Assembly (NCBI GenBank): GCA_963716745.1
Contig: OY970320.1
Span: 2,432,001 to 2,496,000 of the forward strand
DNA length: 64,000 nucleotides
Reading direction: 5' to 3'
Source: an uncultured Gemmatimonadaceae bacterium
GTDB taxonomy: Bacteria; Gemmatimonadota; Gemmatimonadetes; Gemmatimonadales; Gemmatimonadaceae
In this document: one piece after another, positions 19,901-27,817 of the stretch
Numbering within the stretch: the stretch's first letter is position 1
Layout: each line of letters starts with the position of its first letter
Position numbers and translations under genes: made by a program
Notes under the pieces: model-generated
The model's input: only the letters and a program-made list of their open reading frames with translations
Database searches by the model: none
Told to the model about the DNA's origin: nothing

Positions 19901-20020
19901 ACCGGGAACCGGTTACCGGGAACCGGTGTGGCATGAAAACGAATTCCCTAACGACACCGTGTAGTGTCGTTAGGGAATGTGTTGTCATTCATCACCGGTT
20001 CCCGGCAACCGGTTCCCGGT
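19901..20020. repeat. 120-bp palindromic element, copy 2 (57+6+57)
   Basis: accgggaaccggttaccgggaaccggtg...attccctaacgacac-cgtgta-gtgtcgttagggaat...caccggttcccggcaaccggttcccggt; aligns without gaps to 5174-5293. Confidence 0.9.
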
Positions 20021-20022
20021 AG

Positions 20023-20394
20023 TTATTGAACGGTAACGACTCCTACCATTCCCTGATGCAGCGTGCACGAGTACGCGAACGTGCCCGCGACGGGGAAAGT
20101 GCGTTGGAACGTGCCGGTCTGCTGGTCGGGCGACGTGCCGTTTCCGTCGGCGAAGGTCACGTTGTGGATGCTGTCGCCGGCCCACGTCCACGTGACCGTC
20201 TCGCCGACCGCGACCACTGCCGCGGCGGGATCGAAGAGGTTGTCGTTAACAGTCACGCCATTGCCGTTGCCCCCGCCGCCACCGCCGCCACCACCGCCGC
20301 CACCGCCGTAGCCCGGATACGTGGGGCCGTACGCCTGACAGGCGACGATCGTTGCCAACGCGAGAACGCGAAAGATCGGGAAACGTGAGCGCAT
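20023..20394 (-). CDS. Plastocyanin/cupredoxin-family lipoprotein with poly-Gly linker
   Basis: Lipobox IVAC, a run of 13 Gly, and type-1 Cu ligands HNV...YSCTLHQGM. Confidence 0.85.
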   Translation of the reverse strand: MRSRFPIFRVLALATIVACQAYGPTYPGYGGGGGGGGGGGGGNGNGVTVNDNLFDPAAAVVAVGETVTWTWAGDSIHNVTFADGNGTSPDQQTGTFQRTFPVAGTFAYSCTLHQGMVGVVTVQ

Positions 20395-20472
20395 GTTCTC
20401 CTCTTCCTTTCCAGGTGCGAATTAGCGGTCCGGGCACGCGGCACACCGAGCGCCGCTCGGGGGCTCCATAAG

Positions 20473-20500
20473 TAGACGCTGGAGGCATACCAAACGTTGC
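20473..20500 (-). promoter_or_regulatory. Putative ECF-type promoter (GCAAC-N17-CGTCTA) for the cupredoxin gene
   Basis: Minus strand gcaac-gtttggtatgcctccag-cgtcta; same spacing as the motif upstream of the ECF sigma. Confidence 0.45.
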
Positions 20501-20515
20501 TAGCCCCGGTTCCCC

Positions 20516-21247
20516 CTAGGGCACCAGCACGTGGGCGAGGGCGGTCGAAGCGGTCGCCCCACCCCCCTCCGCGCGCACGAGCGTGCGGGGATCGGCGTCC
20601 AGCCGGTGGAGCGCGCGCAGGGCGAGCGCCTCCAATTCGTTCACGGTCGCGATCGTCCTATACCCCATGCGCTCGCCGCCGGGGATCGCGTTCGCGAAGG
20701 GGGCGGCGTCCGCGCGCCACGGGTGCGCGGCCCGCGCGGCGACGCCCGCGTCCTCGAACGTCGCGTGATGCATGATAAGCGACACCCCCGGCCGCTCGGC
20801 GCGAAGGCCGAGCACCGCCAAGAGCCGCAGCTCGTTCGCGCCACCGGTCAGCTCTCGCGCGCACACGAAGCAGCCGTCCATCGGCTCGTAGGCGGCGTCG
20901 GGTCCCACACGGGCCCACACGCGCTGGTACGGGAGTTGGAGATACGCCGCCGCGGGGGCGGCGAATCGCCAGCCCGCGACCGCGTAGTCTGCCTCGGTGA
21001 GGCGGGCCGTCGCGGCGTCTGAGAGCACGTACAGTCGCGATCCGGTGTCCCAGAAGCGCCAACTCTGCCAGAGGAGTTCGGCGGCCTGGTCGAGCGCGGC
21101 GGAGGGCGCATCGTCGGGCAGCATCTGCTTGAGCGCGGCGCCGGCGTGTGCGAGCAACAGGAAGGCATCGCGATCCGCGCCGTCACCGTGGCGCTGTGCG
21201 TTCTCATCGCGGAGCGCGGGAAAGAAATGGCCGGCGAGCGGCTCCAT
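20516..21247 (-). CDS. Hypothetical protein (the frame stays open upstream to about 21280)
   Basis: 243-aa ORF with natural composition, co-oriented in the operon. No family recognised. Confidence 0.7.
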   Translation of the reverse strand: MEPLAGHFFPALRDENAQRHGDGADRDAFLLLAHAGAALKQMLPDDAPSAALDQAAELLWQSWRFWDTGSRLYVLSDAATARLTEADYAVAGWRFAAPAAAYLQLPYQRVWARVGPDAAYEPMDGCFVCARELTGGANELRLLAVLGLRAERPGVSLIMHHATFEDAGVAARAAHPWRADAAPFANAIPGGERMGYRTIATVNELEALALRALHRLDADPRTLVRAEGGGATASTALAHVLVP

Positions 21248-21276
21248 GAGCAGCTCGTACGGGGTGATGCGGGCGG

Positions 21277-21741
21277 TCAGGGGCGGCCGTCCTCCACGCC
21301 GGCGACCTCGCGCAGGCGGCGGATCAACTCGTGCAGCTGGTGCTCGGTAACGTCGATCTCCTGCGCGGCGCCGTCGAGATCGATGAGGCCGGCGCGCATC
21401 GAGATCGCTACCTGGTTCAAGTAGCGCACCTTGCGCAGGAACTCATCGGTGACGGAGCGGAGCGCGATGAAGCGCCGCTTGTTGGCGGCGGCGCGCTTGT
21501 AGCGCGCGACGAGTTCGTCGCCCGTGAGGCGGCGCGCCTGCGCCACCACCTCATCGCGGCTGCGGCCGGGCAGCACGCCGCGATCGGGGATGCCGGCGTC
21601 CTCCCAATCTTCCTCCGCGTACCAGAGGCGTCCGACGTATTCGATGCCGTCATACGAGATCAGCACCGACACGCCGAACCGCTGGCCGCCGACGCTGATC
21701 GTCGCGATATGGGGCTGCACCGATTCTTCCGAAGGTCGCAT
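21277..21741 (-). CDS. Hypothetical protein with C-terminal helical/coiled-coil region
   Basis: 154-aa ORF starting 3 nt after the upstream stop; typical codon usage. Confidence 0.75.
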   Translation of the reverse strand: MRPSEESVQPHIATISVGGQRFGVSVLISYDGIEYVGRLWYAEEDWEDAGIPDRGVLPGRSRDEVVAQARRLTGDELVARYKRAAANKRRFIALRSVTDEFLRKVRYLNQVAISMRAGLIDLDGAAQEIDVTEHQLHELIRRLREVAGVEDGRP

Positions 21742-21744
21742 GCG

Positions 21745-22663
21745 CTATGAACCTATGGTCGCCGGATCGGTCTGCGTGAGGAAGCGTCGGAGCGCCGCGA
21801 AGAGTGCATCAGCGGCTTCAACGTACGGCACGTGGCCACTGCCGTCGAGAACCTCGAGGTGCGCGTGCGGCATCGCCTGCGCGGCGAGGCGGCTCGATTG
21901 CACCGGGATGGGATCGTCGCGCCCGTGCACGATGAGCACGGGACAGCGCACAGTCTTGAGCGCGGCGGTGATGTCGTAATCGTCGAGGCTGTCCCACACC
22001 GACTTCTGCACGCGGCCGGTGACGCGGAACGGCGTGAGTTCGCGCGCGCGCTCCGGATCCGCGAAATAGCCCGCGACGCTGATCTCGAAGAGGCGCTGGC
22101 GGTAGGTCGCGGGATCGCGATCGCGCAGTCCGGTGGCGACCACCTGCGCGCGCAGCTCTTCCACGGCTCCGCCGGCTTGCCGCTCGGCGAGTTCTACTTC
22201 GAAATCCTCGCGCAATTCGCGCGTGACCGGCGCGGGCGCGATGAGCGCGAGGCGGCGCGGTGCGAGCGAGCCCGCGGGGAGCGGCGGATCGTTGCCGCCG
22301 CTCGCGGCGATCGCGTAGAGCATCGCGAGCAGGCCGCCCCACGAATATCCGATGATCGACGGCGCGCCAGGTGTGAGTTCCTGCGCGACGAGCGCGAGGT
22401 CGAGCACCTGCGTGCGCCAGGTGATCAGTCTCCGTGCCGTCGTCCTTCGAGCGCCCGCCGCCGCGCTGATCGTAGAACACGAGCTCGTAGTCGTGCGCGA
22501 GCTCGAGCATCTGCGGCAGCATGTAATCGTGATGCGCGCCGGGTCCGCCGTGGAGCACCAGCAGCTGCGGCGCACCGGGCGGACCGTACTTCGCCCAGTA
22601 AAGCGGGAGCGATGTGGACTTGGTGAAACCGGATTCGCGCGGAGGCGGGATCTCTTTCGGCAC
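21745..22663 (-). CDS. Alpha/beta hydrolase, proline-iminopeptidase-like; frameshift near 22425
   Basis: VLHGGPG, FYDQRGGGRS, GYSWGG nucleophile elbow, HGRDD and GHVPYVE motifs. Confidence 0.85.
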
Positions 22664-22674
22664 GAGAGTGAAGT

Positions 22675-23577
22675 CTACGACAGGCCGACCGCCACCGCCA
22701 CGGTGTTGCGATGGATCTCCACGGTCTCCGCAATATCGGTGCCGTAGCCGCCGGCGATCGTGATGGCGACCGGGATGCCCACATCGCGGCACGCCTCGAG
22801 CACCATCGCGTCGCGGCGAGCGAGACCAGCGAAGGTGAGGGCGAGCCGGCCGAGCGTGTCGCGCTCGTGCGGATCGGCGCCGGCGAGATAGATCACGAGA
22901 TCGGGGCGGGAGGTGCGCAGGACCTCCGGGAGCGCCGCGGCGAGATGCGCGAGATACGCCTCGTCGCCGGTGCCGTCGGGCAGCTCGATGTCCATCGTGC
23001 CGGCGACGCGCGTGAACGGATAGTTGCGCGCGCCGTGCATGCTGAACGTGGTGACGCGCTCGTCGCCCGCGAAGATGGCGTTCGTGCCGTTGCCTTGATG
23101 CACGTCGAGATCGACCACCGTGGCGCGCGCGATGCGCCCGTCGTGCTGCAGCGCGCGGATCGCGACGGCCACATCGTTGAAGACGCAGAATCCCTCGCCG
23201 TGATCGGGGAACGCGTGGTGCGTGCCGCCCGCGAGATTGATCGCAATGCCGTGCTCGAGTGCCGCGCGCGCGGCGGCGAGCGTTCCGCCGGCGGCGCGAT
23301 GCGAGCGCTCGACCAGCTCCGGCGACCAGGGGAATCCGATGCGTCGCATCGCGGCCGCGTCCAGCGTGCCGGCGTCGAGCGCATCGACGTATGCCGCGTC
23401 GTGCGCGCGCAGCAACTCCTCGCGCGTCGCGCGCGGCGGGTCGAGCAGGTTCTCGGGGGCGATGAGTCCGTCCGCCAACACGCGCGCGCGGAGCAACGCG
23501 TACTTCTCGATCGGGAAGCGATGTCCGGCGGGGAGCGGGATGACGTACGCGGCGGAACTCCACGCGTAGAGGGTCAT
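22675..23577 (-). CDS. Histone deacetylase family (HDAC11/class IV-like) deacylase
   Basis: GHRFP, GGTHHAF...GFCVFND, DLDVHQGNG, GADP and GGY motifs. Confidence 0.93.
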   Translation of the reverse strand: MTLYAWSSAAYVIPLPAGHRFPIEKYALLRARVLADGLIAPENLLDPPRATREELLRAHDAAYVDALDAGTLDAAAMRRIGFPWSPELVERSHRAAGGTLAAARAALEHGIAINLAGGTHHAFPDHGEGFCVFNDVAVAIRALQHDGRIARATVVDLDVHQGNGTNAIFAGDERVTTFSMHGARNYPFTRVAGTMDIELPDGTGDEAYLAHLAAALPEVLRTSRPDLVIYLAGADPHERDTLGRLALTFAGLARRDAMVLEACRDVGIPVAITIAGGYGTDIAETVEIHRNTVAVAVGLS

Positions 23578-23594
23578 CCCGTTTCCGGCTTTGG

Positions 23595-24944
23595 CTAGCT
23601 GCCGCGCTTGCCGAGCGTGGCGGTGAGCGTGACGCGCTGGCCATCCCGCACCACCACCACCGTGACGACGTCGCCCGGTTTGTGCTTGGCGAGCGCGTCG
23701 GTGTACGCGTAGATGTCCTTCACCGGATCGCCGCCGAATTCCACGATGATGTCGCCCTTCTGCACGCCGGCCTTGTCCGCCGGCGAACCAGGCGTGACGC
23801 CCGCGAGGCGCACCCCGACGACATCCACGGCGCCCATGTCGGGCACGGAGCCGAACCACGCGCCGTTGCCGCCGGGCCCGCGCATCGGCGGAGGGGCCTT
23901 CACGAACGTGAGCCGCGACGGACGGTCGCCGAGTTCGCGCAGGAGCGCGGCGCTGTAGTCGATCACGCGCGCTTCGCCCGCGACGTTGATCTTGCTCGCG
24001 ACGTCGCTCGCGCGATGATAATCCTCGTGCTGGTCGGTGAAGAAGAAGAGCACGGGCACGCCGGCGCCGTAGAAGCTCGACTGGTCCGAGGGACCGTAGC
24101 CATCGCCGATCGCGCTGAGCGCGAATCGTCCGATCGTGGCGTTCACGCTGTCCACGAGCGGCTTGAGTTCGGTGGCGGTCGCGACGCCGTATACGAGCAG
24201 CTTGTCGTTCCGTAGGCGGCCGACCATGTCGTAGTTCATCATGATCTGCATGCTGTCGAGCTTGACGGGCGAGTGCTCCACGAAATACTGCGAGCCGAGC
24301 AAACCCAGTTCCTCTCCCGAGAAGTTCAGCAGCAGGATGCTGCGCTTGGTGGGATGCTTCGCGAAGAGCCGGGCGATCTCCATCACGGCCGCGGTGCCCG
24401 ACGCGTTGTCATCGGCGCCGTGACGGATGGCGGTGCCGGAGTCGGGGTCCATCGAATTGAACGCGTTGCGGCCGAGGTGATCGAAGTGCGCGCCGACCAC
24501 CACATACTCGCTCGCGAGCACCGGATCCGAACCTTTGATGATCGCGACGACGTTCTGCGTGGGGAGCGACGATGGCAGCCCCGCGTGCGCCGCGGCGACG
24601 GACTTCGCGTTGAAGCGCTGCTGATAGTCCGGCGCGCAGAAGAACCCTTCGCTGAATCCCGCCGGACACTGCACGATCCGCTTCAGTTGGTCAGGCGGCA
24701 GTTGCAGCTTGAGCGCCGTGTATTCGCGCGCAATGTATGCCGCGGCGCTGTCATTCCCGGCGGTGCCGGTGCCGCGCCCCTCCAGTGCATCGCTCGCGAG
24801 ATAGGCGATGTCCTTCCTGATCTGAGCGGTGTCCTGCAGCGCCGACCGCGGCGCGGGGGCGATCGACGTGGAGTTGCACGCGCTGAGAGCGACGAGGACC
24901 GTCGCGCCGAACAGTGCGGCGCGCGAGAGGCGGGCGTAGGTCAT
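23595..24944 (-). CDS. M28-family peptidase lipoprotein with C-terminal PDZ domain
   Basis: Lipobox LSAC; GAHFDH, GADDNASG, GEELGLLGS, YDMVGR and DYH motifs; PDZ GSPADKAG. Confidence 0.92.
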   Translation of the reverse strand: MTYARLSRAALFGATVLVALSACNSTSIAPAPRSALQDTAQIRKDIAYLASDALEGRGTGTAGNDSAAAYIAREYTALKLQLPPDQLKRIVQCPAGFSEGFFCAPDYQQRFNAKSVAAAHAGLPSSLPTQNVVAIIKGSDPVLASEYVVVGAHFDHLGRNAFNSMDPDSGTAIRHGADDNASGTAAVMEIARLFAKHPTKRSILLLNFSGEELGLLGSQYFVEHSPVKLDSMQIMMNYDMVGRLRNDKLLVYGVATATELKPLVDSVNATIGRFALSAIGDGYGPSDQSSFYGAGVPVLFFFTDQHEDYHRASDVASKINVAGEARVIDYSAALLRELGDRPSRLTFVKAPPPMRGPGGNGAWFGSVPDMGAVDVVGVRLAGVTPGSPADKAGVQKGDIIVEFGGDPVKDIYAYTDALAKHKPGDVVTVVVVRDGQRVTLTATLGKRGS

Positions 24945-24999
24945 GTGTGGAGTGAGGGACGTGGTGACCGGCGTGCGACGGATGGTATGTTATCCGACG

Positions 25000-25587
25000 A
25001 TGCGCGCCATGGCCAGTCGCTGGTTCTCCATTTCGACGCTCAGCCTCGCGCTTATCCCGCGGGCCGTGGCCCTCAATCTCGCGCTCGGTGCGATCGTGAG
25101 CGCGCTCAAGCTGCCGGTCTATCTCGACTCCGTGGGCACCATCCTCGCGGCCGCGCTCGCGGGTCCCATCGCCGGCGCCGTCACCGGCGTGTTGTCGAAC
25201 ACCGTGCTCGGACTCCTCGTGAATCCCGTGCTCCTCGCATTCATCCCGGTCACAATCGTGATCGGCGTGCTCGCGGGGATCGCGGCGCGCGTCGGCGCAT
25301 TCCGGCGTCTCTGGAGCGCGGCGGCGGCGGGCGTGGTGATCGGTGTCGCGGCGGCGCTCGCGAGCGTGCCGATCGTGATCGGACTGTACGGCGGCCTCTC
25401 GCCCACCGGCACCGGCGTCGTGACCATGGTGCTCCGGGCGACCACCGCGATGTCGATGGAGACCGCGGCGAGAGTCTCGAGCGTCGCGACCGACGTGATC
25501 GACAAGCCGATCAGTTGTGTGCTCGTCGCGCTCATCCTCGCTCGGCTTCCCGCGCGCATCACGGCGCGCTTCCGGAACGTGACATGA
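25000..25587 (+). CDS. ECF transporter substrate-binding S component
   Basis: Very hydrophobic, about 195 aa; LKLPVYLDSVGTILAAALAGP motif; upstream of the T and A components. Confidence 0.8.
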   Translation: MRAMASRWFSISTLSLALIPRAVALNLALGAIVSALKLPVYLDSVGTILAAALAGPIAGAVTGVLSNTVLGLLVNPVLLAFIPVTIVIGVLAGIAARVGAFRRLWSAAAAGVVIGVAAALASVPIVIGLYGGLSPTGTGVVTMVLRATTAMSMETAARVSSVATDVIDKPISCVLVALILARLPARITARFRNVT

Positions 25588-26321
25588 ACGCGCGCTACGA
25601 CCGGTGGAACCCGCTCACGCCAATGGCGGCCGCGCTGCTGCTCGTCGCGGCGGCGTACACGGGCCCCGCGCCGTGGGCGCCGGCTGTCGTGGTCGCGATC
25701 GGGATCGCGGCGGCGTGGTGGGGCGGTGCGGGGCCGCGCGTGACGACGCTCGCCGCCGCAGTGGCGATTCCGACCTTCGCGCTGCTGGCGCTCACGAACG
25801 GCGTGCTGGCGGCCGAGCATCCGTCCGCCGCGCTCGGCGCGCTGCGCTATGACCCGGCCGGCGTGAGCGACGCGCTCGCGGTGGCGCTGCGATTGGGCGC
25901 GGCGGTGGCGGCGCTCGGCACTTTCGTCGCCGTCGTGGCGCCGCGACGGCTCACGCGCGCGCTCGCAGCGCGCGGTCTCCCGGGGTGGGCGGCGTATCTG
26001 ATCGTCGCATCACTCGAGGCGGCGCCCGAAGCCAAGGCGCGCGCGCGCGAAGTGCTCGACGCACAGCGGTGCCGCGGACTCTCGGCCGGCGGCGGACTCG
26101 CCGGACGCATGCGCTCGCTCGCGCCGCTCGCCGGTCCGCTCGTCGCATCGCTCGTGACCGAGAGCGACGAGCGTGCGCTCGCGCTCAATGCGCGCGGATT
26201 CGAGGCATGGCGGCGGCGAACGGCGCTCAACGCCGTGGCGGATCCCGCGGGAGAACGCGTGCTGCGCGTCGTGATGTGGCTCGCGATCGTCGCGCTGCTC
26301 GCATGGGGCGCGCTGCGATGA
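25584..26321 (+). CDS. ECF transporter transmembrane T component (EcfT/CbiQ-like)
   Basis: DAQRCRG and ALNARGF coupling-helix Arg motifs; ATGA overlap. Confidence 0.85.
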   Translation: MNARYDRWNPLTPMAAALLLVAAAYTGPAPWAPAVVVAIGIAAAWWGGAGPRVTTLAAAVAIPTFALLALTNGVLAAEHPSAALGALRYDPAGVSDALAVALRLGAAVAALGTFVAVVAPRRLTRALAARGLPGWAAYLIVASLEAAPEAKARAREVLDAQRCRGLSAGGGLAGRMRSLAPLAGPLVASLVTESDERALALNARGFEAWRRRTALNAVADPAGERVLRVVMWLAIVALLAWGALR

Positions 26322-27736
26322 GCGGCCTCGTGCTGGACATGCAGCTCGACGAAGTGCGCTATGGCGCGCATGCCGCGTTGCGCGGCATCACGCTCACCGT
26401 GGCGCGCGGCGAGATCGTGGGCATCGCGGGGCATGTGGGGGCGGGCAAGAGCACGCTCGCGCTCGCGGCCGCGGGACTCCTCGAGCGCGCGACGCGCGCG
26501 ACGATCGCGGGCCGCGTGATGCATCCGGCGGGCGGCGAGCCGCCGGCGTGCTTCGTCTTCGCGAATCCGTGGACGCAGCTCACGGAACTCGGCGGCACGG
26601 TGGAAGAGGAGGTCGCCGTGGGTCCGGAGAATCAGGCGCTCGCGCCCGGTACGATCCGCACGCGTGTCGACCGCGCACTCGAACGCGCCAATGGCGGTGC
26701 GCTCGCGCCGCGCATCCCGCGCGAGCTATCAGGTGGAGAATTGCAGCGCGTGGCGCTCGCATCGGCGCTCGCGCTCGATGCGCCGCTCGTCGTGCTCGAT
26801 GAACCCACGGCGCAGCTCGACCCCGAGGCCGCGCGCCGCTTCGTTAACGCAGTGCGCGCGCTCGCGTCGAACGGGCATGGCGTGCTGCTCGTATCGCAGG
26901 ATCTCGCCCTGCTCGCGTCGGCGGCGTCGCGCATCGTGGTGCTCGCGGACGGCGCGATCGTTGCCGCGGGCGACCCGCGCGATCTGCTCACGCGCGAACC
27001 GCCCCTCGACGCGCGGCTGGGATCATTGGAACGTCCAGCCGAGCGCATCGCAACGGAGCGGGGCGCGGGCGATCCCCTGCTTACCATCAGCGGGCTCTCC
27101 GCCGGCTACGGCGGTCGCGATGTGCTGCGCGACCTCACGCTCTCCGTGCCGCGCGGCGTGATCTCGGCGTGGATGGGCGAGAACGGTGCGGGGAAGAGCA
27201 CGCTCGCGCGGGCGATCATGGGGCTCGTGCCGGCGCGGCACGGCCGCATCACGGTGGGCGATGCGGTTCTCAATGCGCTTCCGGTGGAGCAGCGCGCGCG
27301 GCATGTCGGGCTCGTCTTCCAGAATCCGGCGGCGCAACTCTTCGAACGCACCGTGATGGGCGAGGCGCTCTTCGGCCCGCGCGTGCTCGGTATGCCTCGG
27401 GAGGCGGCGCTGGCGGGCGCGCGCGAGGCGCTCGACGCGGTCGGGCTCACGAACGAGATGGAAACGAACCCGTCGGATCTCACGCCGCAGGCGCAGCGGC
27501 GCCTCGCGATCGCCGCGGCGATGGCGGCGCGCCCGCGAATGCTCATCTTGGATGAGCCCACGGCGGGGCAAGATGCGGCGGGGCGGGAGTGGATCGGCCG
27601 GGCGCTCGCGATCCAGCGCGAACGGGGGTCCGCGGCGGTCATCACGCACGACGTCGCATTCGCCCAACGTCATGCCGGGCAAGTTGTTACGCTCGCGCAG
27701 GGCCAGGTGTCGATTATCAGGGATTATCGCGCTTAG
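26318..27736 (+). CDS. ECF transporter duplicated ABC ATPase
   Basis: Two Walker A motifs (GHVGAGKS, GENGAGKS), LSGGELQR, two LDEPT motifs and VFQNP. Confidence 0.9.
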   Translation: MSGLVLDMQLDEVRYGAHAALRGITLTVARGEIVGIAGHVGAGKSTLALAAAGLLERATRATIAGRVMHPAGGEPPACFVFANPWTQLTELGGTVEEEVAVGPENQALAPGTIRTRVDRALERANGGALAPRIPRELSGGELQRVALASALALDAPLVVLDEPTAQLDPEAARRFVNAVRALASNGHGVLLVSQDLALLASAASRIVVLADGAIVAAGDPRDLLTREPPLDARLGSLERPAERIATERGAGDPLLTISGLSAGYGGRDVLRDLTLSVPRGVISAWMGENGAGKSTLARAIMGLVPARHGRITVGDAVLNALPVEQRARHVGLVFQNPAAQLFERTVMGEALFGPRVLGMPREAALAGAREALDAVGLTNEMETNPSDLTPQAQRRLAIAAAMAARPRMLILDEPTAGQDAAGREWIGRALAIQRERGSAAVITHDVAFAQRHAGQVVTLAQGQVSIIRDYRA

Positions 27737-27817
27737 CGGGACCACCGCTCAGGCGCGTATGCTTAGTCGTTCGCGCTCCTCGCGCGGACGGCAGCGTGCG
27801 CGCGCCATCGGAACGTC

